Shown here: piece by piece, positions 18,888 to 28,026 of the stretch
How positions within the stretch are numbered: position 1 is the stretch's first letter
How the letters are laid out: each line of letters begins with the position of its first letter
IMG/VR virus record: IMGVR_UViG_3300023174_000076
Source: an uncultured virus (IMG/VR IMGVR_UViG_3300023174_000076)
Lineage: Duplodnaviria > Heunggongvirae > Uroviricota > Caudoviricetes
DNA length: 64,000 bases
Reading direction: 5' to 3' (one strand)
Position numbers and translations under genes: made by a program
The notes under the pieces: generated by a model
The model's database searches: none
The model's input: the letters and a program-made list of their open reading frames with translations, nothing else
Told to the model about the DNA's origin: nothing

Positions 18888-18896
18888 TTACTATAA
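18888..18896 (+). promoter_or_regulatory. Putative late promoter TTACTATAA at the start of the structural operon
   Basis: Intergenic, 25 nt before the ATG at 18921 (RBS GGGAG). The motif recurs before other structural genes. Confidence 0.5.
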
Positions 18897-18920
18897 CAGC
18901 TAGTTTAACCCGGGAGAACT

Positions 18921-19208
18921 ATGCTATATAATGCTAATTTAAGCTACAATAACCCGAATTATTTATATAATGGAACATTAATAATTAAGGCGCAAAGCCT
19001 TATCGATCCAATAATATTAAATAATATAACAATATTATATTCTTTAAATGAAGATTATTCGAACTACACGACAATAGCCGTATTGAGCATGGATACAAGC
19101 CCAAGTGGAATTTTAACCCTTGAAGTATTAGATAAAGACGTGTCCGCGATATTATCAGCTCAAGTAATATCTATTGGTACACCAGGAGAAGTATCCATAG
19201 TTAACTAA
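18921..19208 (+). CDS. Small putative virion protein
   Basis: RBS GGGAG. N-terminal YN...YN....YNG. First gene of the structural block. Confidence 0.55.
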   Translation: MLYNANLSYNNPNYLYNGTLIIKAQSLIDPIILNNITILYSLNEDYSNYTTIAVLSMDTSPSGILTLEVLDKDVSAILSAQVISIGTPGEVSIVN

Positions 19209-19253
19209 AATAGGCTACTATAATTAAAAAATGCAAGTTTTATTGGAGAAAAA

Positions 19254-20153
19254 ATGACTACTAGCAGCGTACTCGTTAATGATACTGTAAGAATAAAAGT
19301 TAAATTTATTGACATTAACGCATCTACTGGAGAACAAATTTTAGTTAGCCCTTTGTCTGTAGTTGTTACAATAACAAAAGCTGATGGAACTGTCATAGTC
19401 TCCGCCGCTCCAACGGCATTAACAAGTTCCGAATATTATTATGATTTTACCCCTACAACAGCTGATACATACAAAATTAAATTTGTTGGCAGTATGTCTA
19501 ACGGCACGCAAATTACAGTCAATCAACAACTTTACGTAAGCACTTCTAGTGACGAATATAAGCCAACAATAACTTTAAAATCTGAAGAAATAATGACATT
19601 TGCTCCAGATGTTACTCCCCTTTATCTTAGTCCAGAAGAAATTCTTCCATTATTTCCAGAAGCTTCTTTAATAGAAATAGGAGAGTTAATTCATTTTCAT
19701 TCCTTAGAGGTAGAAAGTATCTACGGCATAAAATCTACGTATCAAGCTGATAAATTAGCCTATGCTGCAATTGAATACATTAAGGCAGCTGTTGCCTGTG
19801 ATCTCAGCAGAATGTACAATTATGGTGGAGACGACGATGTTTCAGTAACATTAGCTGACTTAACTGTAACTGCAAGAAACTTTCCAAGAACCCTTACGTC
19901 TAGAGGCAATGCTGTTACCTGGTGCCAAATCGCAACAGCACTTAGGCAGGAGATGTTGGCAATGAAAACTGGCCCAAGAGGTATTCAACCAAAAGGTCTT
20001 CCTTCTTCTGCAATATCAAATCCAGGAAGATTTGTTGACCCAGATACACATAGGGATGTGTATCTTACCGACAGAGATCTTTATGGGTCAAGTAGGAGAT
20101 CAGCGCTAAGTGCTGACCCGATGCCGGACAGAGGCATACGCGGATATGATTAA
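19254..20153 (+). CDS. Putative head-tail adaptor/neck protein with N-terminal Ig-like segment
   Basis: RBS GGAG. Beta-rich N-terminus (YYYDFTP...TY.I.F) and position upstream of the sheath. Function inferred from synteny. Confidence 0.45.
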   Translation: MTTSSVLVNDTVRIKVKFIDINASTGEQILVSPLSVVVTITKADGTVIVSAAPTALTSSEYYYDFTPTTADTYKIKFVGSMSNGTQITVNQQLYVSTSSDEYKPTITLKSEEIMTFAPDVTPLYLSPEEILPLFPEASLIEIGELIHFHSLEVESIYGIKSTYQADKLAYAAIEYIKAAVACDLSRMYNYGGDDDVSVTLADLTVTARNFPRTLTSRGNAVTWCQIATALRQEMLAMKTGPRGIQPKGLPSSAISNPGRFVDPDTHRDVYLTDRDLYGSSRRSALSADPMPDRGIRGYD

Positions 20154-20520
20154 TCTTGAAAGATCTTTTAAAAAGATATTAAAAGAATGGGGCCACGACG
20201 TCTACATACAAAGAATAATGCCAAACAATAATTATAGAGACACCCTAGAAAGAGTAACTACAAGAAATGTTTTTTCATCTGGAATAACTAATGCTAAAAG
20301 TTCACAAGAACAAATTGAAGGAATTGCCGTTAATTCAGAAGTAGTGTATTATTTTGAGGCAGAAATTAATCCGCAAGAAGGCGACAGAATATATGAATCA
20401 CTACCGAATACATTTAGTAAACAAACAATATACTTAATAGATACGTGCTCTCCAAGGCGTGGTAAAAGTGGTAAAATTATATTTTGGGTAGTTGGTGCAA
20501 CAAAAGAAAAACAGGTTTAA
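20146..20520 (+). CDS. Putative head-closure protein
   Basis: ATG at 20146 overlaps the previous stop. F.KILKEWGHDVY..R and YYFE...NP.EGDRIYE fit stopper-type proteins, supported by synteny. Confidence 0.5.
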   Translation: MINLERSFKKILKEWGHDVYIQRIMPNNNYRDTLERVTTRNVFSSGITNAKSSQEQIEGIAVNSEVVYYFEAEINPQEGDRIYESLPNTFSKQTIYLIDTCSPRRGKSGKIIFWVVGATKEKQV

Positions 20521-20521
20521 T

Positions 20522-22117
20522 GTGTTAGTTGTAAAAAAAAATCAAAGACTAAAAATTAAATTTTTGTTTGTAGATTCTGGTGAAGTATATGACCCAACTT
20601 TATCTGCTACACCAATAGACGTAACAGTTTCCGTTGTAAGAGGAGACAATAGATTTTCCGCAATAATTAGAAATCCAATTTCTTATCTGTATACAAATGC
20701 GACCCCAGACACCAATGCCTACATAGAAAGAACTGTAAATTCTGAATTTATATTTAATTATAAAGTTCCAGAGGGAATGTATCCTGGAATGTATACCGCA
20801 GTTGCAAAAACTGTTAATGGTAATTCTGATATTATAATAGAATCTAAATTTGAAGTAAAAGAAGAAGCATACGAACCCCTTCCCACGGTTCCAATGGGGA
20901 ATAAATCAAGCGTAGTTACATATAAGCCTTCGTATGAGGATATAAATTTTTCAAACATGCAATCACTGCTGCTTGTTGGTCATGCAGATGGTCTTGAGTT
21001 AAATAGTCCGATAAAAATAAGATCGGTTCAACATGCAGTCGAGTTATTAAACGCAGATATGAATAGCCCACTTCTAAGAGGGGTGTTTGATGCGTATGAC
21101 GCTGGAGCTAAAAATATATTTATTTGTGCTGCTGCTCCGATGTCAGAATATGTAGATGATATAGACAAAAGATTGATATCTTCAACTTATATTGATTATG
21201 AATCCGCAACACCAACTAGTAAGACTTTTTATGAAAGATATCATGAAAGACTATCGGTAACATATTCAGTGTTAAGTGTTCTTGATTTTATTGATGTTAT
21301 AGTTCCCTTAGAGGTTTCAATAATTAAAACTGGTGGAATAGATTTTGTTTCACAGTTAGCAACATACTGTAATTCGTTTCATAATGAAACTGGATATGTC
21401 CAAATTGGCGTTATTGGATCAAGAACAAATGGAATAACCTCTGAAGATATAGATGAAATTGAAAACGACGAAAGTCTATCTAGTAAGTTTACGGAATATA
21501 ACATTTCTGGAAATATTATATCTGACTTTGGCAGATATGTTGTTCCAGTTTATGGAGAAGCTTTATTTTCTCACGCACAACTAGACACTACATATATTAA
21601 TTCGGTATCCGCTGCAGTAGCTGGATTAATTGTTTCTAATCCATTAAATTTTGGTTTGGTTAGAAAAAGAATACCCGGAGCAATGTCTGTGTATGGAGTA
21701 AACTTAAACTCATTAGAAATGAATAGACTTGATGCAATAGGAATAAATACAATATATAGAGGCAATAAGGCAAGAAGGGCACAACCCTTTCAGGTATATC
21801 TAACAAATGATTATACAATGGCCAATATAAATTCAATTTTTTCAAAACTACCACAAATGAGATTAGCCTCCTATCTATCAAGTTCAGTAAAAGGTTTTGG
21901 TTATGATTCCATAGGTAAATTTGGTTACGATAAAGTAATTAACAATACAACACAACTTCTCAAGAAACTAAAACAAGATGGGGTAATAGTAGATTATGAA
22001 TTTAATGCTAAACCATCAAGTTCAGAGTCTGGTGTAATTTTACTATACATAAATATAGTTTCTTCATTAGGTTTAAAGAAAATAAATCTATCATTGGCAG
22101 CGGGGCCAGGAGCATAA
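20522..22117 (+). CDS. Tail sheath-like protein with N-terminal Ig-like extension
   Basis: GTG at 20522. SPLLRG...AY.AGA.NI and a C-terminal L...GIN...ND.T ... DYEF ... L.I.I....L..I parallel the major sheath at 23030. Confidence 0.6.
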   Translation: MLVVKKNQRLKIKFLFVDSGEVYDPTLSATPIDVTVSVVRGDNRFSAIIRNPISYLYTNATPDTNAYIERTVNSEFIFNYKVPEGMYPGMYTAVAKTVNGNSDIIIESKFEVKEEAYEPLPTVPMGNKSSVVTYKPSYEDINFSNMQSLLLVGHADGLELNSPIKIRSVQHAVELLNADMNSPLLRGVFDAYDAGAKNIFICAAAPMSEYVDDIDKRLISSTYIDYESATPTSKTFYERYHERLSVTYSVLSVLDFIDVIVPLEVSIIKTGGIDFVSQLATYCNSFHNETGYVQIGVIGSRTNGITSEDIDEIENDESLSSKFTEYNISGNIISDFGRYVVPVYGEALFSHAQLDTTYINSVSAAVAGLIVSNPLNFGLVRKRIPGAMSVYGVNLNSLEMNRLDAIGINTIYRGNKARRAQPFQVYLTNDYTMANINSIFSKLPQMRLASYLSSSVKGFGYDSIGKFGYDKVINNTTQLLKKLKQDGVIVDYEFNAKPSSSESGVILLYINIVSSLGLKKINLSLAAGPGA

Positions 22118-22118
22118 C

Positions 22119-22919
22119 ATGGCACAAAACACAGTGGGTTGGCCAAAATTTGGCGGGACAGATTCATATACAAAATTAAGGTTTGCTGAACCCCTTCAGT
22201 CAGAAGGAAATCTTTCTTATTTAGAATTTATTTCTACAGTTAAATCTTTATGGGAACAATCTTTTCCTAATTTTCCGATTAAATCCTCTTCTCCATCTGA
22301 CCCATCTTTTACCTGGTTCAATCCAAACTATGTAGATCCCTCTACTGGTCAAACAACAGGAAGAATGGAAGATACACCAGCAATTATAACTTATTCTTTA
22401 GAATTAAGAAAAGCACATTCTGTTGAACCAAAGCCAAGAATGAGACAAATAACTAGTGGGAATGTATATATTTACGGGCAAAGATTTCAAAATGTAATAG
22501 CTTTTCATGCACTCGCACCAGCAGGAAATAGGTCGGGATCAAATCAAAATGAAAGAATTGATGATCAAGATAACGCTTATTTAGTTGAGTCTTTAATCGA
22601 AACTTTCGAAGATTTTATGATGGAATTTACTCCTATCTTTAAAAGAATAGGAGCTTCAGAATTAATTTATTCAAGAAGATTATCTGACTCAGAAGTAAAC
22701 AGAGAGTCTAAAGATATCCACAAAAGAACAGTAACCTACATGCTTACGACAGAGAAAACATTTGCAGCTAGAACAGAAGTCATTGAGCAGATTGCAATTG
22801 ACGTAAGAACTGGCATGGCCTATGAGTCAGAGTTATTGGCTCAAGCTACTCCAAACTATGACAATATAAGTATCAATATTATTGACCTACAACAGGGTGC
22901 CACACCTGGATTTAATTAA
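22119..22919 (+). CDS. Putative tail terminator/completion protein
   Basis: Lies between the two sheath-like genes. Motifs PKPR.RQ...GQRFQN.I.F and FEDFM..F...FK..G.SE..Y.RR. Function inferred. Confidence 0.45.
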   Translation: MAQNTVGWPKFGGTDSYTKLRFAEPLQSEGNLSYLEFISTVKSLWEQSFPNFPIKSSSPSDPSFTWFNPNYVDPSTGQTTGRMEDTPAIITYSLELRKAHSVEPKPRMRQITSGNVYIYGQRFQNVIAFHALAPAGNRSGSNQNERIDDQDNAYLVESLIETFEDFMMEFTPIFKRIGASELIYSRRLSDSEVNRESKDIHKRTVTYMLTTEKTFAARTEVIEQIAIDVRTGMAYESELLAQATPNYDNISINIIDLQQGATPGFN

Positions 22920-22974
22920 GTATATAAAAAACTGATCTAAATTAGGTTGTTGAGTTATTTTTATAACTTACCTG

Positions 22975-22985
22975 TTACTATAAAA
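22975..22985 (+). promoter_or_regulatory. Putative late promoter TTACTATAAAA upstream of the major sheath gene
   Basis: Intergenic and followed by a strong RBS (GGAGG) before 23030. Confidence 0.5.
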
Positions 22986-23029
22986 GAAGAATTAATGCCC
23001 CATAATTTAGTCGGAGGTTTAAAGATAAT

Positions 23030-24277
23030 ATGGCTATTCCTGGAGTAACCACCATAATCAGAGATCGCTTCTATAGTGTATCGCGCTCAAACACACCAGC
23101 AGGTCCTAGAATTGTTGTAATAGCAAGAAGAGACACTGCGAATGAAACCGAGAGAGTTAGTGACCTTGACATAGTTCTGGCCACAACTGAAAAAGATGTA
23201 ATTGCTGCTTTCGGTGAAGGTTCAGACCTTCATAAGGCATTTTTAGAATTAATTTCTGCAGGAGCTGAAAGAATCTATATGGTTCCACTTCCAAGCTCAA
23301 CTGCATTTGATCACACACTTGGACATGTAACTGCAACCGGATACACAGCAGATGCAATGCTTGATGCTGCGTATGCTGCAGCTGAAACAGTTCTTCCTGA
23401 TATTATCGTTCCTTGGGGCAGGGGCGGGAATTCAGATGACTGGGAAGTTCCAGCAACTCCTGGCGACACAGAGTATGGCTTCCACGCTAATAACTCATCA
23501 ACATATGGTAATAGCTGGGCATACAAGGCGGCTCTTAGAACTAAGAATATTGCAGAAAACATACATCCATGTATTTCAATTTTGGGTGTTAAGCCATATG
23601 ATGCTGGTACAAAAGAAACTATGACACCAGCAGCTGTTGCCTCGCATCTAGCCCTTAGCACTCTTGTAAGCAGAGATAATGCAAGTATGAAGGATTATGG
23701 TCCTTATGTTTGCGTTATCGCAACAGAGATTAAACCGGTATCTTATGGTACAAGCGGTGGAGAAGATTATGGTTATGCAAACGGAGCATGCGCAATGGCA
23801 GCATCGTTGAGCAAACTTGCCGCGTACTCTTCAGTTACAGCAAAACCAATATACAACGTAGAAGCAATGCGTTATGCGCCAACAAGAACACAGCAAGAGA
23901 CACTTGCGGGTAAGGGTGTAAACTCAGTAGTTCTTAACTTTAATAAAATCGCAGTATATGGCGACGGACTCACATTTGCCGCTACCGGTTCTGACTACTC
24001 AAGACTCTCTACCAAGAGGGTTGTAGATGAAGCGGCGAACGTTGTTCGTCAATCATGCCAAAAGTTTGTTGGTGAACCATCGACTATCCAAATGAGAACA
24101 TCAATGGAGACAGCGATTTCATCAGCACTAAGAGGAATGCAATTAATAGGAGCCTTGCTGGCAAGTGATTTTAACGTCACATATGTTCCAGACTTAAACA
24201 AGGCGATTGTAGACCTTATTATCACACCTGCTTTCGAACTAAAATCGATTGAGGTTCAAATAGCTGTTAATATATAA
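23030..24277 (+). CDS. Major tail sheath protein
   Basis: N-terminal MAIPGV, FG.GS.L, and C-terminal DG.T.A...SDY.RLST.R.VD ... FVGEP ... ITPAFEL..IEV.I, all sheath hallmarks. Confidence 0.85.
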   Translation: MAIPGVTTIIRDRFYSVSRSNTPAGPRIVVIARRDTANETERVSDLDIVLATTEKDVIAAFGEGSDLHKAFLELISAGAERIYMVPLPSSTAFDHTLGHVTATGYTADAMLDAAYAAAETVLPDIIVPWGRGGNSDDWEVPATPGDTEYGFHANNSSTYGNSWAYKAALRTKNIAENIHPCISILGVKPYDAGTKETMTPAAVASHLALSTLVSRDNASMKDYGPYVCVIATEIKPVSYGTSGGEDYGYANGACAMAASLSKLAAYSSVTAKPIYNVEAMRYAPTRTQQETLAGKGVNSVVLNFNKIAVYGDGLTFAATGSDYSRLSTKRVVDEAANVVRQSCQKFVGEPSTIQMRTSMETAISSALRGMQLIGALLASDFNVTYVPDLNKAIVDLIITPAFELKSIEVQIAVNI

Positions 24278-24297
24278 TACCGATTGGAGGGTAAAAA

Positions 24298-24990
24298 ATG
24301 GCTTCTGATACAAATTCAGTAAACAAATATCTAAACACATATACAACTTTCTCAGGTGCAGATATCGTAGCCACATTTGGTGGTGTCGAAATAGGTGCAC
24401 TTTCAGGAATCACATTCTCTGTAACAAGAGAAAAAGCACCAATTTACACAATGGGTTCACCAAACCCACGCTCATTCTCAAGGGGTAAGCGTGGTATTGC
24501 TGGTTCATTAATTTTTACAGTGTTTGATCGTCCAGCACTTTACACAATGTTGGAAAAAAATTACACAAACAATAAGCCTATGGACTTCTTCACAAGAGCC
24601 CACAACACACTTCCGGGTGACACCAATGCAATGGGAAGAGGAATCCCAGGAATTGGAGCAGAAGGAAGAAATAACTGGACAAGAGATGTTCAAAAAAAGG
24701 TCCCCTACTACGCAGACCAAATTCCACCATTCGATATCACAGTTACATTTGTTAACGAATACGGAAACGCAGCAGTAAGATCAATTTACGGAGTTGAGCT
24801 TTTGAACGAAGGTTCGGGAGCATCGATGGATGACATAGTAATTGAAGAAACAATGACCTACGTTGCTAGAGAACTTGGACCAATGTACACCATTGAGACA
24901 TCTGCTCTGCAAAAAGATCAAAGCAATCTTTCTGATATTATGAGTGGAAACGCCGTAAAGGGTATGAGAACAGATATAATTCGTCCATAA
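24298..24990 (+). CDS. Major tail tube protein
   Basis: Follows the sheath. Motifs FSGADIVATF, ITFSV.REKAP.YTMG, RGKRGIAGSLIFTVFD, PPFDI...F.NEYG and IYGVE..NEG. Strong RBS, followed by a hairpin. Confidence 0.8.
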   Translation: MASDTNSVNKYLNTYTTFSGADIVATFGGVEIGALSGITFSVTREKAPIYTMGSPNPRSFSRGKRGIAGSLIFTVFDRPALYTMLEKNYTNNKPMDFFTRAHNTLPGDTNAMGRGIPGIGAEGRNNWTRDVQKKVPYYADQIPPFDITVTFVNEYGNAAVRSIYGVELLNEGSGASMDDIVIEETMTYVARELGPMYTIETSALQKDQSNLSDIMSGNAVKGMRTDIIRP

Positions 24991-25015
24991 CTAGATCTTA
25001 ATAATAATTCTGAGT

Positions 25016-25056
25016 AGTGCATGAGGGGAAGACTCCCTTCATGCACTGTTCTATTT
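25016..25056 (+). terminator. Stem-loop after the major tube gene (putative intrinsic terminator/attenuator)
   Basis: AGTGCATGAGGGGA-agac-TCCCTTCATGCACT forms a 14-bp stem with one G-U pair, followed by GTTCTATTT. Confidence 0.7.
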
Positions 25057-25066
25057 AGGAGATAAA

Positions 25067-25774
25067 ATGGCACAAGCCAGTAAAACGTATACCATTTCTT
25101 CTGTCAATCCAAAGGATGGATCGTTTAATATAAATGATGCATTAAATAATGTATCATACGCTGGAGCAGACATTGTCGCCACAATGATTTTGCCTCCAAT
25201 GGGAACCGCCAATACAGCTGGAGACTATCTCGAAATAGGTGATCTGCAAACTGTATCCTATTCAATCCATAGAGAGAATACTCCAATAAGAACATTGGGT
25301 CACTCAAATGTGAGAGGCTTTGTTAAGGGATCTAGAACTATAGCTGGATCATTAATATTTACTGTATTTAATGAATACACTTGGTATAAAATTAAAGAGT
25401 ATGAAGATTATCTGTCCAGAACTAACGGTTTCTTTTCACCATTAGCAGACATGCTCCCACCATTTGATATTGTATTTACTTTTTTTAATGAATACGGCAA
25501 TGCTTCAAAGATGAAAATATATGGAGTGACCATAGTCGACGAAGGTCAAACCATGTCGATTGATGATATAATGACTGAACAAACATATACGTTTATGGCT
25601 AGAGGCATTCAGCCAATGACTAAGATGATTAATGAAAAAGAAATGACGAAGATGCCAGACGAAGATGCTCGAAGAGCAGCTCAAAGAAATAGAAATATAT
25701 TTGGGGACAACATTGAAGGAGTAGGCGTAACTACTCTTTATCAAAACTTTATAGATGAAATTTACACTCTTTAG
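25067..25774 (+). CDS. Tail tube paralogue 2
   Basis: YAGADIVAT, SYSIHRE.TP.RTLG, KG.RTIAGSLIFTVF and PPFDI.FTF.NEYG show a clear paralogue of 24298. Confidence 0.75.
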   Translation: MAQASKTYTISSVNPKDGSFNINDALNNVSYAGADIVATMILPPMGTANTAGDYLEIGDLQTVSYSIHRENTPIRTLGHSNVRGFVKGSRTIAGSLIFTVFNEYTWYKIKEYEDYLSRTNGFFSPLADMLPPFDIVFTFFNEYGNASKMKIYGVTIVDEGQTMSIDDIMTEQTYTFMARGIQPMTKMINEKEMTKMPDEDARRAAQRNRNIFGDNIEGVGVTTLYQNFIDEIYTL

Positions 25775-25783
25775 TAGGTAAAA

Positions 25784-26776
25784 ATGGCCGGTAATAGAAA
25801 CGAAAGATTTGATCCGCTGTCTAATCAATTAGACTTGATATGGTCGGGTAGCCCCACCACAGAAAAAAATTCATTCAATAGTTATTATGATTACTTCTTT
25901 AGCGGAGAAGACATTAAGGTTTATATTGACGGATTGTTTTCTGAAGAATACGAACTAGACATAGCTGCATTATCTTACAATATAAGACAAGAAAAGCAAC
26001 CACTATATGGTTTTTGGTCTTACAATTATGATGCCATGATGTATGGTACAAGAATTATAACTGGAGAATTTTCGATATACACAAGATACCCAAGAAGAAT
26101 GACAGATTTGATAGAAGAAGCTGCAAGGGCAAGAAGGCAGCAACCAGACCCAAGAAAAGATGATTCTTTAATTAAATCTACTTTAAGAAATATAGATTAT
26201 GGTTCGTCTAGCTCCTCAGTAAGGAGCTTACAAGACGAAAAAAATATTCAAAAATATTGGGCATATAGTCAGTTAGATAGAATATCTACCGATCCATTTT
26301 CTAAAAATGTTGTAGATTCAGATAAAAATATATTCAGTGCTCACCCACCATTTAATTTTATTATACTTTATGGAGTTGAAGAAGTTTCAACAACAGCAAA
26401 AGATTATTTAAAAGCAGAAGATAAAGTTATAGAATCTAATTTAGACAGAATGATGATTTCTGATGTCAATGAAAGATTGATTAAACCAAACACCAATAAC
26501 CAAGCTAGCCCAATGAAAATAGTATTACAGGAGATTCAACTAATGAGCATGACAACTGCCTATGCATCTGGCGGTTCACCATTGGTAGAAAATTATCAGT
26601 TTATGGCTAGAGATTATTATTTTAGTGAAGTTGATTTAGGTTTTATTAAAAATACCACAACAACCAATAGCTCAGATGAGCCTACTGTTTCTTTATTCCA
26701 GAACGGGGTTGCAACACAAACCGCAACAAACTATAATTCTTCTTCAAGAAATGAAAACCCAAATATCTTTTTGTAG
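25784..26776 (+). CDS. Tail tube-like paralogue 3 (tube initiator?)
   Basis: Motifs FSGEDI.V, SY.I.QEK.P.YG, G.RIITG.F.I, PPFN and Y.FMARD. Confidence 0.65.
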   Translation: MAGNRNERFDPLSNQLDLIWSGSPTTEKNSFNSYYDYFFSGEDIKVYIDGLFSEEYELDIAALSYNIRQEKQPLYGFWSYNYDAMMYGTRIITGEFSIYTRYPRRMTDLIEEAARARRQQPDPRKDDSLIKSTLRNIDYGSSSSSVRSLQDEKNIQKYWAYSQLDRISTDPFSKNVVDSDKNIFSAHPPFNFIILYGVEEVSTTAKDYLKAEDKVIESNLDRMMISDVNERLIKPNTNNQASPMKIVLQEIQLMSMTTAYASGGSPLVENYQFMARDYYFSEVDLGFIKNTTTTNSSDEPTVSLFQNGVATQTATNYNSSSRNENPNIFL

Positions 26777-26853
26777 ATAATTAATACTTAAATTTGTAAT
26801 ATAAAAATATATGATGTATAATGTATCGTGATTCTTTTATCTAAGGAGAAAAA

Positions 26854-27369
26854 ATGACAGGAAGAAAAGTAACTATCAAAGGCAACGCAGAATTAGCAGA
26901 ACAAATCGGAGCCGATGAAGTAACAGAAGTAACAGTTGAAGGTCCAGCTGGAGAAAATGTAGACACTGAAGTGGTAGTTGAAGAGCCAGTAAGTGTTGAA
27001 TCCCTTCCTGACGATCAGGAAATATGGGACGGCGGCCCTACTGCTGGAATGATCAAAACATGGAAAGAACAATTTGGCGAAGTATATGTTACGTCAATCA
27101 CTTTTGACAAGCATATTGTGTGGAGAGTTCTTAATAGACTTGAATATAAAAACCTTGTTAAGAAAATGGAACAACTTGTTCAGGCTGGTCAGTTAACTTC
27201 AGCTGAAGCTAACATGTGGAATGAAGAAGCAATTGCTGAACTGTGTATTCTTTATCCACAGTACGACAAAATAGAGATGAAGGGTATTATGGCTGGTATT
27301 CCATCTTTGATTTCCCAAGAGGTATTAGAGGCATCCGGATTCGTTGCTTTGGAAGTAAGACAGTTGTAA
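26854..27369 (+). CDS. Putative tail assembly chaperone 1
   Basis: I..WK..FGEVY ... WR.L.R.EYK ... C.LYP ... G.PS.I...V.E.SGF, located between the tubes and the tape measure. Confidence 0.6.
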   Translation: MTGRKVTIKGNAELAEQIGADEVTEVTVEGPAGENVDTEVVVEEPVSVESLPDDQEIWDGGPTAGMIKTWKEQFGEVYVTSITFDKHIVWRVLNRLEYKNLVKKMEQLVQAGQLTSAEANMWNEEAIAELCILYPQYDKIEMKGIMAGIPSLISQEVLEASGFVALEVRQL

Positions 27370-27378
27370 TTTTAAAAC

Positions 27379-28008
27379 ATGATAGAACCTGAAAAACTTT
27401 ATGAACTTAAAAAGAAACATGGTTCTATATTCAGTGTTAATCTAAAAGATCAACAGGTTATTTTTAGAGAATTAACATTTGATGAATATGACAAAATTCT
27501 TGAATATAAAAATTCTGAAGAAGCATCTTCTTTAGATGCAGAAGATTTAATTATTAATTGTGCCGTTGTATATCCTGATAGCTTTTCTGTAGATGCAATC
27601 CAGCCTGGATTAATTTCTTCCCTGGCTCAAGAGATAATGGACTTTTCTGGGTTCTTCTCCGCTGGTTTAGCTAAGCAAATATTGGAATCTAAAAGAGAAA
27701 AAGCTAATGAAGTAAGAAGCTTAATGAAAGCCTTTGTTTTGGCTACTATAACTACATACTCTCCTGAGGACTTAGATAAGATGACTTTCTCTCAATTGGC
27801 AGAAATGGTTGCCCTATCTGAGAAAATTATAGAAATAAAACAAAATATAAATGGAATTGAATCAACCAATATTACTCTTCAGCTAATAGATCCCGAAGAA
27901 GAATCGGCAAAACAAAAGCAGTCAGCGGCAAGGCATAATCTTTCCAAGAAAACAGGAGAAGCAGATTACCAAGACCCAATAGCCCAAAAGCTTTGGGGTA
28001 TGCAATAA
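27379..28008 (+). CDS. Putative tail assembly chaperone 2 (paralogue of 1)
   Basis: K.KHG.IF ... FRELT..EY ... C.VYP ... G.ISSL..EI.D.SGF. Confidence 0.6.
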   Translation: MIEPEKLYELKKKHGSIFSVNLKDQQVIFRELTFDEYDKILEYKNSEEASSLDAEDLIINCAVVYPDSFSVDAIQPGLISSLAQEIMDFSGFFSAGLAKQILESKREKANEVRSLMKAFVLATITTYSPEDLDKMTFSQLAEMVALSEKIIEIKQNINGIESTNITLQLIDPEEESAKQKQSAARHNLSKKTGEADYQDPIAQKLWGMQ

Positions 28009-28026
28009 TAACCAAGGGGAATTAAA

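Noticed and set aside
18809..18920. tRNA or structured ncRNA in the larger intergenic gaps (also 16959-17051, 22920-23029)
   Set aside because: They are AT-rich with no cloverleaf or T-loop motif, and are better explained as promoter regions. Any recoding tRNA would have to lie outside this window.
27340..27400. Classical -1 G/GT tail-chaperone frameshift
   Set aside because: There is no XXXYYYZ heptamer before the stop of the first chaperone. The second gene has its own ATG and is a full paralogue.
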